Part shown: positions 13,089-22,318 of the stretch, one piece after another | Position numbering within the stretch: the first letter of the stretch is position 1 | Layout: each line of letters opens with the position of its first letter | Virus record (IMG/VR): IMGVR_UViG_3300026194_000306 | Reading direction: 5' to 3' (one strand) | DNA length: 25,968 nucleotides | Origin: a virus | Notes under the pieces: model-generated | What the model saw: only the letters and a program-made list of their open reading frames with translations | Told to the model about the DNA's origin: nothing | Databases searched by the model: none | Position numbers and translations under genes: made by a program

Positions 13089-15662
13089 TCACCGATAAAG
13101 TTTGTACTCCGATTTTCGCATGTAGACGAAGACGCCGATGAACGTGAGGATCCCGATGGGGACGGTGGTGGCGAGCGGGAGCCAGCCGATCAGGGTGGGG
13201 ACGCCGCCGCCGATGAGCGGGATGATGATGGCGCCGAACCGGACCCGTGAGCCGGAGAAGATGGCGCCGATGCCGACGATCCAGATGGCCGAGAGGAGGA
13301 GATACCAGAACTCGTCCTCGAAGCCGAGGTCTACGAGACGGCCGGAGCCGTGGAGGGTGATGCTTCTGGCGGCGCTGATCTCGCCCCGGGTGGCGTGGTT
13401 GGCGTCAAAGCCCCAGGTGTATGAGGTGGGGCGGTTCTCGACGGTGTAGCTGGCGTTGGTCCAGTTGAGGTATTTGGGGGTGAGCGCTTCGGTGTGGACG
13501 TATTCGTCGGCGCCGTCCTTGACCCAGAACAGGAGGGAGGTTGTGGCGTTGTCGCGGTCCTTGTAGGCGAAGCGGAGAGAGACCTGGGTGTCGCCGGCGA
13601 GCGGGACGGCTTCGAGGTTGTAGAGGGGGTGGGTCTCGGCATCTGAGGGGGGCCGGGTGCGGAACTGGATGGTGTACTGGGTCTCCTGGGGGTAGAGGGT
13701 GAAGTTGACGGAGAGGTTCGAGGCGGGGTCGTGGGCGGTGATGGCGTAGCGGACGGTCTCGACCATGGAGAAGGTGATACTGCCATCGGTGCCGGTGGTG
13801 CCCGAGAGGGTGGTTGCGTTGATGTTGACCGATGATGGGATGCCGAGGAGGTCGGAGAACCACGACCACGGGGAGGTGGTTTCGAGGTACTTCGCGGAGA
13901 CGGAGACGTTCGAGAGCGGGAGGCCGAAGTCGTCGATGCAGTGGAACCGGACGTTGTGCGGCGGGTAGTTGGGCATCTCGGCGGGGGTCGCGGGGGGTAG
14001 CCGCTCGGTCAGGAGGATCGTCGCGGTGGTGGTGCCGGGGTTGTTGAGGTACACGGATTGCGCCTGTGGATAGTAACCTGCGGCGACTGCAGTGACGGTG
14101 TAGGGACCGTAGTCGGCGGAGAACGTCGCGGGGTTCTGGGTGCTCTCCTGGCCGTCGCTGAGGGAGATGGTGGCGTTGTGGAGGTTGACGAGCGAGGTGT
14201 CGTCCATGGCGGTGACGGTGAGGAGGAAATGCCCTTTGAGCGCGAGGTTGTAGGGGGTCGCGACGGTTTCGACGGTGACGGGCTCGGAAAGGGCGTCGTG
14301 GAGCGGGGCGGAGGCGGAGATCGTGTAGGCGCCGGGCGTGACGTTGTTGAAGAGGTAGAAGCCGGTTGACGATGTGGTTGTGCTTCCGTAGTCGTCGAGG
14401 GAGACGGTCGCGCCGCTGATCGGCTGCTGGCTGCCCTGGGTCTGGACGTAGCCGTAGAGCATGGACTTTTCGGGCTCGGTGGGGACGTCGGGAGGGGCGT
14501 CGGGAGACATCCAGAGGACGATCGAGGTGCCCTCTACGACCCCGAATACTATTGGTGAGATGAGGGTGTAGTTGGCAGCGGCGGCAGAGGCGTGGTATCT
14601 AAAAGAGGTCGTCTCGGGCAGATTGACAGTGCCAGAGCCCGATGCGAGAGTGATCGATATGGTCTCGTTGGTCTTGGTGTCGAGGATGGCGACCTGGGCG
14701 CCAGCAATGGGGTCGCCTGTTTGGGCGGAGCGGACGGCGACGGGGACTAAGATCGGTTGGTCGAGGGGAGGGGGGTTGACCTCCCAGGAGAGCCTCTCGT
14801 TGGATCCGGTTATTACAGAGATGTTCAGTTTTGGATCCATTAACCATACTCCTGGGATGTGGATATTGACGTCAGTTGAGGCTAATGGGGTGGAATAATA
14901 GGATATGCCGGTGGCGATCTCTGTGATATCCACCGAGGAGAAAAAACCATGCCGATATAGCTGGATATCGTACCCTGTATCGTCGTAAACCACGTGGACC
15001 GTGTTCTTCCACGGCTGTTCGATTAGGTACATATAGCGGCCATATTGCCCGACCGTGTTCGAGACGTCGGAGTATGGAGCCAGAAGAACCCAATTGGACT
15101 GAAATCTATCCGAGGCTGCTGCAAAATCCGGAACAGAGGCATTAATCATCGTGGCGCCGTACGTATTTGGAGTTGGTACAATAGATTTGTTCCACTCCAG
15201 CTGGACATCTTTCCGGCCATTGTACCCGTGTGGGTCGAAATTATTGATCTCATCAATCCACAGGACGACGTTCGTTACTGATCCGCCTTTATCGCGATTT
15301 ATATTGTAGCCGATGCGGCCAGTGAAAATCACATTAGACTCTATAGTCCCTGTAACCGAGGTGGTGCCGGCATCAGGGTACCCTTCTACCCCATAACTAA
15401 TATGATCGTATACCACCGCAACGTGTTTTAGCCCGGAGAAGTCCTCAATGTTTTTGAAACGCAGGGCGGAGAATCCCACAGGGCCTCCACTCGATTTATA
15501 CGTTCCGTATTCATCATATGAGTACGAGGCGTCGAATGTGTGGGACGCCTCGTATCCTATAACCGAGGGTATGAGGAGGAGCGACGCTATGAGTAGCAGC
15601 ATCAGCCTGCGCCGAACTGCCCCTCGTGCGGGGGGAGGGGGGGTGGGGTGGTTGCCAGTCAT
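13089..15662 (-). CDS. 857-aa spike/tail-like protein with CarboxypepD_reg/PEGA-like beta-sandwich repeats and C-terminal TMs
   Basis: Signal peptide; QQPISGATVSL...TTTSSTGFYLFNNVTPGAYTISASAP motif and related repeats; three C-terminal TM segments. Confidence 0.85.
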   Translation of the reverse strand: MTGNHPTPPPPARGAVRRRLMLLLIASLLLIPSVIGYEASHTFDASYSYDEYGTYKSSGGPVGFSALRFKNIEDFSGLKHVAVVYDHISYGVEGYPDAGTTSVTGTIESNVIFTGRIGYNINRDKGGSVTNVVLWIDEINNFDPHGYNGRKDVQLEWNKSIVPTPNTYGATMINASVPDFAAASDRFQSNWVLLAPYSDVSNTVGQYGRYMYLIEQPWKNTVHVVYDDTGYDIQLYRHGFFSSVDITEIATGISYYSTPLASTDVNIHIPGVWLMDPKLNISVITGSNERLSWEVNPPPLDQPILVPVAVRSAQTGDPIAGAQVAILDTKTNETISITLASGSGTVNLPETTSFRYHASAAAANYTLISPIVFGVVEGTSIVLWMSPDAPPDVPTEPEKSMLYGYVQTQGSQQPISGATVSLDDYGSTTTSSTGFYLFNNVTPGAYTISASAPLHDALSEPVTVETVATPYNLALKGHFLLTVTAMDDTSLVNLHNATISLSDGQESTQNPATFSADYGPYTVTAVAAGYYPQAQSVYLNNPGTTTATILLTERLPPATPAEMPNYPPHNVRFHCIDDFGLPLSNVSVSAKYLETTSPWSWFSDLLGIPSSVNINATTLSGTTGTDGSITFSMVETVRYAITAHDPASNLSVNFTLYPQETQYTIQFRTRPPSDAETHPLYNLEAVPLAGDTQVSLRFAYKDRDNATTSLLFWVKDGADEYVHTEALTPKYLNWTNASYTVENRPTSYTWGFDANHATRGEISAARSITLHGSGRLVDLGFEDEFWYLLLSAIWIVGIGAIFSGSRVRFGAIIIPLIGGGVPTLIGWLPLATTVPIGILTFIGVFVYMRKSEYKLYR

Positions 15663-15663
15663 C

Positions 15664-15927
15664 TCACCGCACCTCCCGGCGATACCGCACCCGGGCGATC
15701 ACGCTCTGCCAGACCCAGACGATGGCGACGATGGCGACGGCGATGACCAGGGCGTAGAAGAATTTGGCGAGCAGATACCAGGAGTCGGCGTAGGGGTTGG
15801 GGCCGCTGGCGCTGATGTAGAGGGTGAACCAGTCAAAGACCGGGCCGAAGCCGAGCACGAGGGCGAAGAGGCCGATGATGGTGAAGAGCCCGGTGATGAT
15901 CGGCACTACGATAGGATAATCGCTCAT
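15664..15927 (-). CDS. Two-helix hydrophobic hairpin protein, putative minor capsid protein
   Basis: Two long hydrophobic segments and a basic C-terminus. Confidence 0.7.
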   Translation of the reverse strand: MSDYPIVVPIITGLFTIIGLFALVLGFGPVFDWFTLYISASGPNPYADSWYLLAKFFYALVIAVAIVAIVWVWQSVIARVRYRREVR

Positions 15928-15929
15928 TT

Positions 15930-16214
15930 TCAGACATCTCCGTCATTCTCTGCGTTTGCGGTCACGATGGCGTAGAGGCCGAGCGGGAGGATCACGGCGA
16001 TGATGAGGAAGATCCCGAAGATGAGGTTGAGGTTCGCCATGCAGTTCTGCCGGTCGAGGGATACGGGGAAGACGGGGTTGCTGTACTGGTCTGCAAACTG
16101 CCCGTTGAACGTGTCCACTACTGGGCCGGCGGCGATGTAAATGAAGCCGACCAGGAGAAGGATGATGGCGAGCGTGGCGAGGACGCCGATGGATCCCCGG
16201 TCATTCTGCATCAC
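15930..16214 (-). CDS. Two-helix hairpin protein with a class III-like leader (QNDRG/SIGV), putative minor capsid protein
   Basis: Short charged leader followed by hydrophobic helix, loop, hydrophobic helix. Confidence 0.7.
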   Translation of the reverse strand: MMQNDRGSIGVLATLAIILLLVGFIYIAAGPVVDTFNGQFADQYSNPVFPVSLDRQNCMANLNLIFGIFLIIAVILPLGLYAIVTANAENDGDV

Positions 16215-16422
16215 GGTCGCCCCCGGGCGGAGTTGGGGCCGGGGTCGGAGCGATGCCGTAGTCCCGGCGGATGTCTTCGAGCGTGGTCCGGACGACTTCC
16301 GGGCCGGCCTGGTAGGTGTCGATGAGCAGGCCGAGCACGGTTGAGAGCCGGGCGCGGTAGGCGGCAGAGTTGGCGATCGCTGCCGTCTCTTCTTCGGTGT
16401 AGAGGGTCTTGTCGGTCATCAT
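16201..16422 (-). CDS. Small hypothetical protein
   Basis: ORF track; overlaps both neighbours. Confidence 0.65.
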   Translation of the reverse strand: MMTDKTLYTEEETAAIANSAAYRARLSTVLGLLIDTYQAGPEVVRTTLEDIRRDYGIAPTPAPTPPGGDRDAE

Positions 16423-17921
16423 CGCTTCCTCCGCTTTGCGGGTTTCTTTCTGGGGGTGGGGGAGGGGGAGAGGCCGAGGAACTCACGCGGGGTGGCGACG
16501 CGGAGGTTCTCCCAGAACGCGGTCTCGGCTTTGCTGCCGCGGCCGCCCTTCTTCTTTCTCTTCGTGGGGTCGCGGTCCCGGCGCCGGGTCTGGTCGATGA
16601 AGGGGGTCTCGAAGGGGAACTCGTTGGGGAAGCTCGGTGGGTATGGGTAGTCTACGGGGTTCTGGAGCGGGTTCTGGAAGACGGTGGTGTCGGGGTATGC
16701 GGTCTCGGGGATGGTGATGTCAGTGGTGGTGGAGGTGGGGATCGCCATAGAGAGCGGGGCGGTCATCGGGGCGAAGGTAGACCGGGCGGCGAAGAGGTCG
16801 GCGGTCAGGTCGGCGGTTGCGTCCCGGGTGCCGGCTTCGGCGAGGTTGAGTGTCTTCGTCCAGGTGGCTATGTCGGGTTTGGTGGCGGTCTCCGGCCGGG
16901 GCGTGAAGATGTAGCGGACGGTCTCTTCGCCGGGGTGGATGGCCGGGACTTCCGGGGACGGGGCCTGAATGAAGGGGGTGTCTTCGTCGGCGACGAACCC
17001 CCGGGGGCCGGTCGGGAAGACGTTGGGGAAGGCGTCCGGGAAGGCGGAGGGGCCGCCGAACGGGGACGGGCTGGGGATCGCTTCGGTGGCGTGGAACCGG
17101 GCTTCTGTCCGGGGACGGGTGAGGACCTCGGCGCCGCCGGGGCTCCATGCGTCGGCACGGGGCTGGATCTCGGCGAGGTCGTTTCTGAGGGTGATCTCGC
17201 GGGTGCCGATCGGGGTGGTGGGTCCCTGAAGCACGAGCCGGGAGACGCGGTCGCCGGTGCCGAGTTCGGCCTGCCCGGGGTCCCAGGTGGAGTGTGGGAT
17301 GGGGCCGGGACCGAGGACGTAGGGGTTGCGGCCGCCGCCGATCTCGGGTCCGGGGCGGCCGGTGGGGAACTGCGGGCCGGGGTCCGGGAAGGCGGGGCCG
17401 ATCTCGTTGGCGAGGGCGATCGGGAGCATGGTGCCGGCGGCGGTTGCGGCCGCTGTGGCGCCCTGCTGGACGACTGCGGGGGCGGTGCGGGTGGCGAGTC
17501 CCAGAGCGGCTCCGCCGCCGGTGCGGATGATGCCGGACGCGGCCGGACCTGCTGCGGCGACGGCCCCGCCGCCACCGAGGAGGGCAGCACCGCCGGCGAC
17601 GCCGGTGATCAGGCTGGCGCCGATGAGACCGCCCTTCACCATCTCCATGGGGCGGGCGGCGAACTCTTCCCGGGCCCGGGGGATCGCGGGGTTGATGGCC
17701 CGGGCGGGGGCGGTGAGGAGGTCCATGCGGGAGCCGACGATGTGGCCGGCGAAGGCAGGACCGGCCCGGAGAGCGATGTCTAACGGAGTGGAGCGCGTGG
17801 GCGTGGGGGCCGGGGTCGGCGTGGTCTGGGGAGTCGGTCGGAGCTGGGGCTGCTGCTGTGGGCGGCGGGAGGTTGCCGCCCGTACGAGGTGAGGAGCCAG
17901 GGGGATGAGGAGCGGTAACAT
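16419..17921 (-). CDS. 500-aa Pro/Thr/Ala-rich protein with a strongly basic C-terminus, putative internal virion protein
   Basis: ORF track; GGAGG RBS; ends ...RRRDRDPTKRKKKGGRG...RKKPAKRRKR. Confidence 0.75.
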   Translation of the reverse strand: MLPLLIPLAPHLVRAATSRRPQQQPQLRPTPQTTPTPAPTPTRSTPLDIALRAGPAFAGHIVGSRMDLLTAPARAINPAIPRAREEFAARPMEMVKGGLIGASLITGVAGGAALLGGGGAVAAAGPAASGIIRTGGGAALGLATRTAPAVVQQGATAAATAAGTMLPIALANEIGPAFPDPGPQFPTGRPGPEIGGGRNPYVLGPGPIPHSTWDPGQAELGTGDRVSRLVLQGPTTPIGTREITLRNDLAEIQPRADAWSPGGAEVLTRPRTEARFHATEAIPSPSPFGGPSAFPDAFPNVFPTGPRGFVADEDTPFIQAPSPEVPAIHPGEETVRYIFTPRPETATKPDIATWTKTLNLAEAGTRDATADLTADLFAARSTFAPMTAPLSMAIPTSTTTDITIPETAYPDTTVFQNPLQNPVDYPYPPSFPNEFPFETPFIDQTRRRDRDPTKRKKKGGRGSKAETAFWENLRVATPREFLGLSPSPTPRKKPAKRRKR

Positions 17922-18638
17922 CTACGTCTTCCCTCCGAAGAGGTAGATAACTCCCATGATCAGGCAGATCCCGATCTCCACCGCGACGAGGGCCTTCATC
18001 CAGCCGGGCCAGGAGCCCGTTTTGAGGTCGTCGGTCTCCTCGGCGACGCGCTCGGCGATGTGCCCTTCGAGGTCGCCGGCGCCGATGTGCGGGAGGTATC
18101 GCTCTATCTCGTAGAGCGGGACCTCCGTGACTGCCGGCATCAGGATCGGGTCGGCAATCTTCCCGGCTTTGATGAGGTCGTAGAGGTCTTTGTAGTCGGC
18201 GATCTGCTCGCTCTCGGTGTGGGTCTCGTTCCAGTCGAGGATGGCGGCCTTCACGGCGGCCTGGAGCTTCGGGTCGGTGGCGATCCCCCAGGTGTCGAGG
18301 AAGATCTTGGCGTTGACGGCGCCGAAGCGGTGAGAGTCGGGGGAACGCTGGATCCACGAGAGCGGGAGGCCGACGGCGTTGAACACGCCGGCAACGTAGT
18401 CCATGGCATAGAACCGCATCCGGCCGCTCTTGAGGCAGACGATACCGAGGTCGGTGTTGGTGCGGGAGGCCCGGAAGTAGCCGGAGACAGGCCCCATGGT
18501 CCACCAGTACCAGATCCAGAGGGCGTTGCTGAAGAGGATGACGAGGCCGAGCACTACGAAGCCCCAGATGAACCAGGGAAGGCCGAGGATCATTCCGCCG
18601 ACCTCGGCGCCGGTTGGAGTGACAGTTATGGTTGACAT
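17922..18638 (-). CDS. Membrane protein with N- and C-terminal TMs
   Basis: ORF track; GAGGT RBS. Confidence 0.8.
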   Translation of the reverse strand: MSTITVTPTGAEVGGMILGLPWFIWGFVVLGLVILFSNALWIWYWWTMGPVSGYFRASRTNTDLGIVCLKSGRMRFYAMDYVAGVFNAVGLPLSWIQRSPDSHRFGAVNAKIFLDTWGIATDPKLQAAVKAAILDWNETHTESEQIADYKDLYDLIKAGKIADPILMPAVTEVPLYEIERYLPHIGAGDLEGHIAERVAEETDDLKTGSWPGWMKALVAVEIGICLIMGVIYLFGGKT

Positions 18639-18641
18639 GAG

Positions 18642-19127
18642 TTAACCTCGCTTGAGGAAGGAGAGGAAGCCGCCGCCGTCGTTCCGGGGCGGGAGGGGGC
18701 GGTCGTCCCGCAGGGTCTGGGTCAGGCGGTTCTCGTTGAGGGCGTCCCGCTCCCGGCTGTGCCGGGTGTAGCCGATGGATTTTCCTGCCAGGATGTCGCA
18801 GAAGGCGAGTTTCGCCATCCGCTGCTGGAGGTAGTCGTCGGCGTCCCAGGTGGCGACACGGAGGATGCTGGTGGTGGCCCGCCGGAACTTGCGGTGCGCT
18901 TCGGGGGTCGGGATGTTCGTGAGTTCGACGTGGCGGGCGACGGCCCCGGAGAAGAGCCAGAGGTCTTCCAGGGTGCCGCCGTCTGGGATGTCGGGGTCGA
19001 GGAGCATTGAGAGGGACTGCTCGGCGATGGAGGGGCCGCTCTGGGGGAGCGGGCGGTTCGGGTCGTTCACTCGCCGGACCAGGGCTTCGTAGTCTTCCGC
19101 AGATACTTCTACAGGCATGTGTTTCAC
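18642..19127 (-). CDS. Hypothetical morphogenesis protein
   Basis: ORF track; GAGGTGA RBS; ATGA overlap. Confidence 0.75.
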   Translation of the reverse strand: MKHMPVEVSAEDYEALVRRVNDPNRPLPQSGPSIAEQSLSMLLDPDIPDGGTLEDLWLFSGAVARHVELTNIPTPEAHRKFRRATTSILRVATWDADDYLQQRMAKLAFCDILAGKSIGYTRHSRERDALNENRLTQTLRDDRPLPPRNDGGGFLSFLKRG

Positions 19128-19606
19128 CTCAGTGGGGGCATTTCGCCGGCTTCCATCAGCTTCGCGTCCCGGATGGGGCGGAAGTAGTCTTCCCAGATCA
19201 CCCGGATCATGTTGACGACGCTGATCACGGTGATGAGCAGGAGGAGATATGGGAGGTAGGGCGGATGGGTGACGATTTCGACGGGGACGACGTAGATCGC
19301 GCCGTCGATGACTTCGATATGCGTGGTGGGGAAGGCGATGGCGGTGGAGAGGTAAGCGGCGGCCGCTGAGAAGACGAATGCCAGGAGAGCCCAGAGGTCG
19401 TGAGCGCTGATGCCGGTCCAGAGCGAGAGGAAGAGGAAGATGAACGGGGCGATGGCGAGCGGGAGCCAGATCTGGAACGGGAGGTATGCGACGTCAGCGG
19501 GGAGGATGGTGGTTGTGTTCGTGGCGGTGACGTTGACGGCGGCGGCTGGCGCGATAAGGAGGAGGAGTGTGAGAACGAAGAGGGGGAAAATAGGTCGGAG
19601 GTGCAT
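19124..19606 (-). CDS. Multi-pass membrane protein with a signal peptide
   Basis: ORF track; GGAGG RBS. Confidence 0.8.
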   Translation of the reverse strand: MHLRPIFPLFVLTLLLLIAPAAAVNVTATNTTTILPADVAYLPFQIWLPLAIAPFIFLFLSLWTGISAHDLWALLAFVFSAAAAYLSTAIAFPTTHIEVIDGAIYVVPVEIVTHPPYLPYLLLLITVISVVNMIRVIWEDYFRPIRDAKLMEAGEMPPLR

Positions 19607-19621
19607 GTGATGCCTCCGGGC

Positions 19622-19975
19622 CTACTTGTTCCGCGGCGTGAACAGGAACAGCACACCGAGGATACCGGCCGCTGCCATGATGATCAGCACGATCGCCAGG
19701 AGGCCGTAACCGCTCTGGGTCGTGGTCGCGAGCGACTGCTGGAGCGTGTACCAGGCCGAAGACTCGTTGAGTGCCGGCGTGCTGGCTTCGACGTTTGCCA
19801 GGATGATAACGCCCATGGCCATCACGATCGCCGTGACGATGAAGCCGAGAACCAGGTTGACGTTACCGTCTTCGTTGTCGATGCGGAGCTTCTGGAATGC
19901 GGCACGAGCGCCGCAGGTCTGGACGACCGCGAGCTGCTCCCGGGCGTATGCGGTGTACTTCTTGATCAGGGACAT
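19622..19975 (-). CDS. Putative major capsid protein, spindle-virus-type helical hairpin
   Basis: Charged leader ending NEDG, two hydrophobic helices, loop with N-glycosylation sequon NES, own promoter and GAGGTGA RBS. Confidence 0.65.
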   Translation of the reverse strand: MSLIKKYTAYAREQLAVVQTCGARAAFQKLRIDNEDGNVNLVLGFIVTAIVMAMGVIILANVEASTPALNESSAWYTLQQSLATTTQSGYGLLAIVLIIMAAAGILGVLFLFTPRNK

Positions 19976-20042
19976 CAGATATCACCTCGCATAGTTAGAA
20001 ATGAAGATATATAGGTATATATAGATGATTTAGAACTATATT
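19976..20042 (-). promoter_or_regulatory. AT-rich promoter of the capsid gene cluster
   Basis: TATATACCTATATAT on the minus strand upstream of the RBS. Confidence 0.6.
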
Positions 20043-21140
20043 CTAATTAGATGCGACGGCGCACGGGGCGGCGCCGGATCTGATGTCTGTTTTATCCGGG
20101 GGCTCTGCATCTTCGGTTTTTATCACCGGCGGCTGGTTGGGGATGCGTGTGAACGGCATCCGGCCGAACCGCTCTTTTGGCTCTTCGAGGATGGCCCAGC
20201 CGGCCCGGGGGAGGGTGCCGATGAGGCGGGGGTTTACCATGCTCACGCGGGGTTTCGGGCGGCTGCCCCGGAGCCAGATGTAATAGGAGAGCCGGTCGGT
20301 GACCCGGTAATCTACGTCGTTGGTGTCCTGGGTGCCGATGTTCATGGAGACGTTGTTTTTCCGGAATGAGATCATCGTCTCGGAGAACCAGCCGATCAGA
20401 TGCCAGAGATCCCCGCGGGAGTTGGAGGGGAAGACCTGGTGCGCCTCGTCGAGGTCGATAAGGAAGAACTCGTCCCGGTATTTGATGCGGATGAGGGTTT
20501 CGAGAAACTCGAACCACCAGATCGGCGAGGGGGCGCGGATGGGGCCGTCCGGCCGTTTCCGGGTGGAGAGGAGGTTGTTCGCGGCGATCCGGTCGAGGAC
20601 GTCTTTGGGGAGGTAATACTGTTTCGGCTCGTAGACTACGTTGACGCCGCCGCGGAGCAGGTTGTCATAGAGTTCTTCGGGAGAACTGTAGTAGGTCAGC
20701 TCTTCGAGCGGTTTGAACTGGATCCGGTATTTCTTCTGGTCGCGTTCTTCGGTCCAGATCCGGTGGTCTTTGTAGAAGACGTGGACGCGGAGAGGTTTGA
20801 CGACCTGGGCTTCGGGGAAGGACTCCCGGAAGTTCTCCGGGATCAGGCAGTTCCAGTGGTCGTGTGCCAGGCCGCGGTGAATGACTGTTTCGGGGTAGCG
20901 GGTCGCCCGCGGGCTGTCCTTCGAGTGGGGCGCGGGGATGCAGGTGGCGGCGGCGGCCAGCTGCAGCATGAGGGTGCTCTTGCCGCTGCCGAACTTCCCG
21001 ACCAGGCCGGTCATGGTGCCGCCGTATGCGGCTACCCCGTCGTCGTGGGTGACGATCTCGTAGGCCATGCGGCGGCCCTTGGCGGCCGAGACCCGTTTGA
21101 GGGCTTCGGAGAGTTGCTCCTCGGCGACGGTGGCGGTCAT
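20043..21140 (-). CDS. P-loop ATPase of the FtsK/HerA superfamily (Zot/pI- or A32-like morphogenesis ATPase)
   Basis: Walker A GKFGSGKST, Walker B LIDLDEAH, FRK...IGTQ, D.DYRV pattern. Confidence 0.85.
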   Translation of the reverse strand: MTATVAEEQLSEALKRVSAAKGRRMAYEIVTHDDGVAAYGGTMTGLVGKFGSGKSTLMLQLAAAATCIPAPHSKDSPRATRYPETVIHRGLAHDHWNCLIPENFRESFPEAQVVKPLRVHVFYKDHRIWTEERDQKKYRIQFKPLEELTYYSSPEELYDNLLRGGVNVVYEPKQYYLPKDVLDRIAANNLLSTRKRPDGPIRAPSPIWWFEFLETLIRIKYRDEFFLIDLDEAHQVFPSNSRGDLWHLIGWFSETMISFRKNNVSMNIGTQDTNDVDYRVTDRLSYYIWLRGSRPKPRVSMVNPRLIGTLPRAGWAILEEPKERFGRMPFTRIPNQPPVIKTEDAEPPDKTDIRSGAAPCAVASN

Positions 21141-21526
21141 CTCTCGGCGTCCTCCTCTGCGGGCTTCTTCCGGTTCATGAAGAGGTCGGAGAAGTATTGG
21201 TCTACGGACTGGATGCTGATGAGGTCTTCTTCGAGGCAGATGGTGACGAAGTAGTCGAGGATATCGGAGACCTTGGCGATGACCTGCGGCCAGGCGGTCT
21301 CGTCGGCGGCAAACGCGATGGCCTGGTTATCCCATGCCTGACGCCAGGCGAGGAAATTCTGGAGGAACTCCGGCGGCAACTTTCCGCGCTTTTTTTTCAG
21401 GGCGGCTGATGAGAGCGTCATCACGGAGCGGCAGAGCCGGAGCGATTGCGCCGGTTCTGTGCTGATGGCGGTGAGGACGATCACCCGGCCGAGGGCCTCT
21501 TTGTAGTCGTTGGGGATTGCTGCCAT
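21137..21526 (-). CDS. Hypothetical helical protein coupled to the ATPase
   Basis: ORF track; ATGA overlap; TATA upstream. Confidence 0.75.
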   Translation of the reverse strand: MAAIPNDYKEALGRVIVLTAISTEPAQSLRLCRSVMTLSSAALKKKRGKLPPEFLQNFLAWRQAWDNQAIAFAADETAWPQVIAKVSDILDYFVTICLEEDLISIQSVDQYFSDLFMNRKKPAEEDAER

Positions 21527-21682
21527 GATACTATATAGATGTTGGCCCCTGCTATATATACCGTTGCTGACCTATGGCGCACATTAAGCGAAGGAAAAAG
21601 GGAAGAACCGGGGAGCGGCGGCGGCGCGGCGCGGCATGGGCTTAAAAAGTCGATCAGAATCTAAAAAGAAGAGAAAAGAGGA

Positions 21683-22180
21683 TCAGCGTTTGCGCTTGCT
21701 GGTCTTGCTGGACTTGCGCTTCTTCGGGGCTGAGGCCGAGCCGCCGAAGGGATCGTAGTTGTCGATGCTGCCGAAGTTGCCGAGGTTGCCGAGCCCGGAG
21801 GATCCGCCGGCACCGCCGAAGGCGTCGAAGCTCGAGTTGAAGTTCTGGCCGGCGTCGGCGAGCGTGCCGAGGAACCCGGAGGACTGTTGCCGGGCCTTCT
21901 GTTCTTTGGGGGAGAACTTCCCGATCCGGGGGTTGGTTTCGAACCTGGCGAGGGTCTCGGACGCCTTCTCGACGGACTCCTCTGAGTTCAGGTTGACGTC
22001 GATGTAGCGGTCTCCCTGGGGGAGGATGTAGCGGCCGGAAGTGGTCGGGTCCCGGCGGACGTTGTGCCGCTTGATGAGCTCGGCTTCCCGGGCGGACCGG
22101 GTGCGGGCGGCGGTGGCTTCCTCCTCCCGGCGGGCTCGGTGCTCACCGGCCCAGTTGCGGATATTTCCTAGGATACCCAT
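21683..22180 (-). CDS. Gly/Ser-rich protein with a basic C-terminal tail, putative DNA-binding virion protein
   Basis: ORF track; ends APKKRKSSKTSKRKR. Confidence 0.7.
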   Translation of the reverse strand: MGILGNIRNWAGEHRARREEEATAARTRSAREAELIKRHNVRRDPTTSGRYILPQGDRYIDVNLNSEESVEKASETLARFETNPRIGKFSPKEQKARQQSSGFLGTLADAGQNFNSSFDAFGGAGGSSGLGNLGNFGSIDNYDPFGGSASAPKKRKSSKTSKRKR

Positions 22181-22318
22181 ACTTGAATATGTGGACTATA
22201 GAGACTATTAATTTTCTCTATAGTTGCCCGGATCGGAGCCGTCCGGGACGGCTACGGCATCCTTAAAGAGGTTCCGCGACCTATAGTTGTGGCGCAGAGA
22301 TTTTGATAGGGCCATACT

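Noticed and set aside
11292-15662. Diversity-generating retroelement acting on the spike genes
   Set aside because: No reverse transcriptase and no template/variable repeat pair were seen
16341-18504. Long ORFs 16341-17783 (+), 16720-18504 (-) and 16868-17590 (-)
   Set aside because: Antisense or alternative-frame shadows of GC-rich genes; Arg/Pro/Gly-rich translations, no RBS, not coupled to neighbours
20400-21254. 284-aa plus-strand ORF
   Set aside because: Antisense shadow of the ATPase gene
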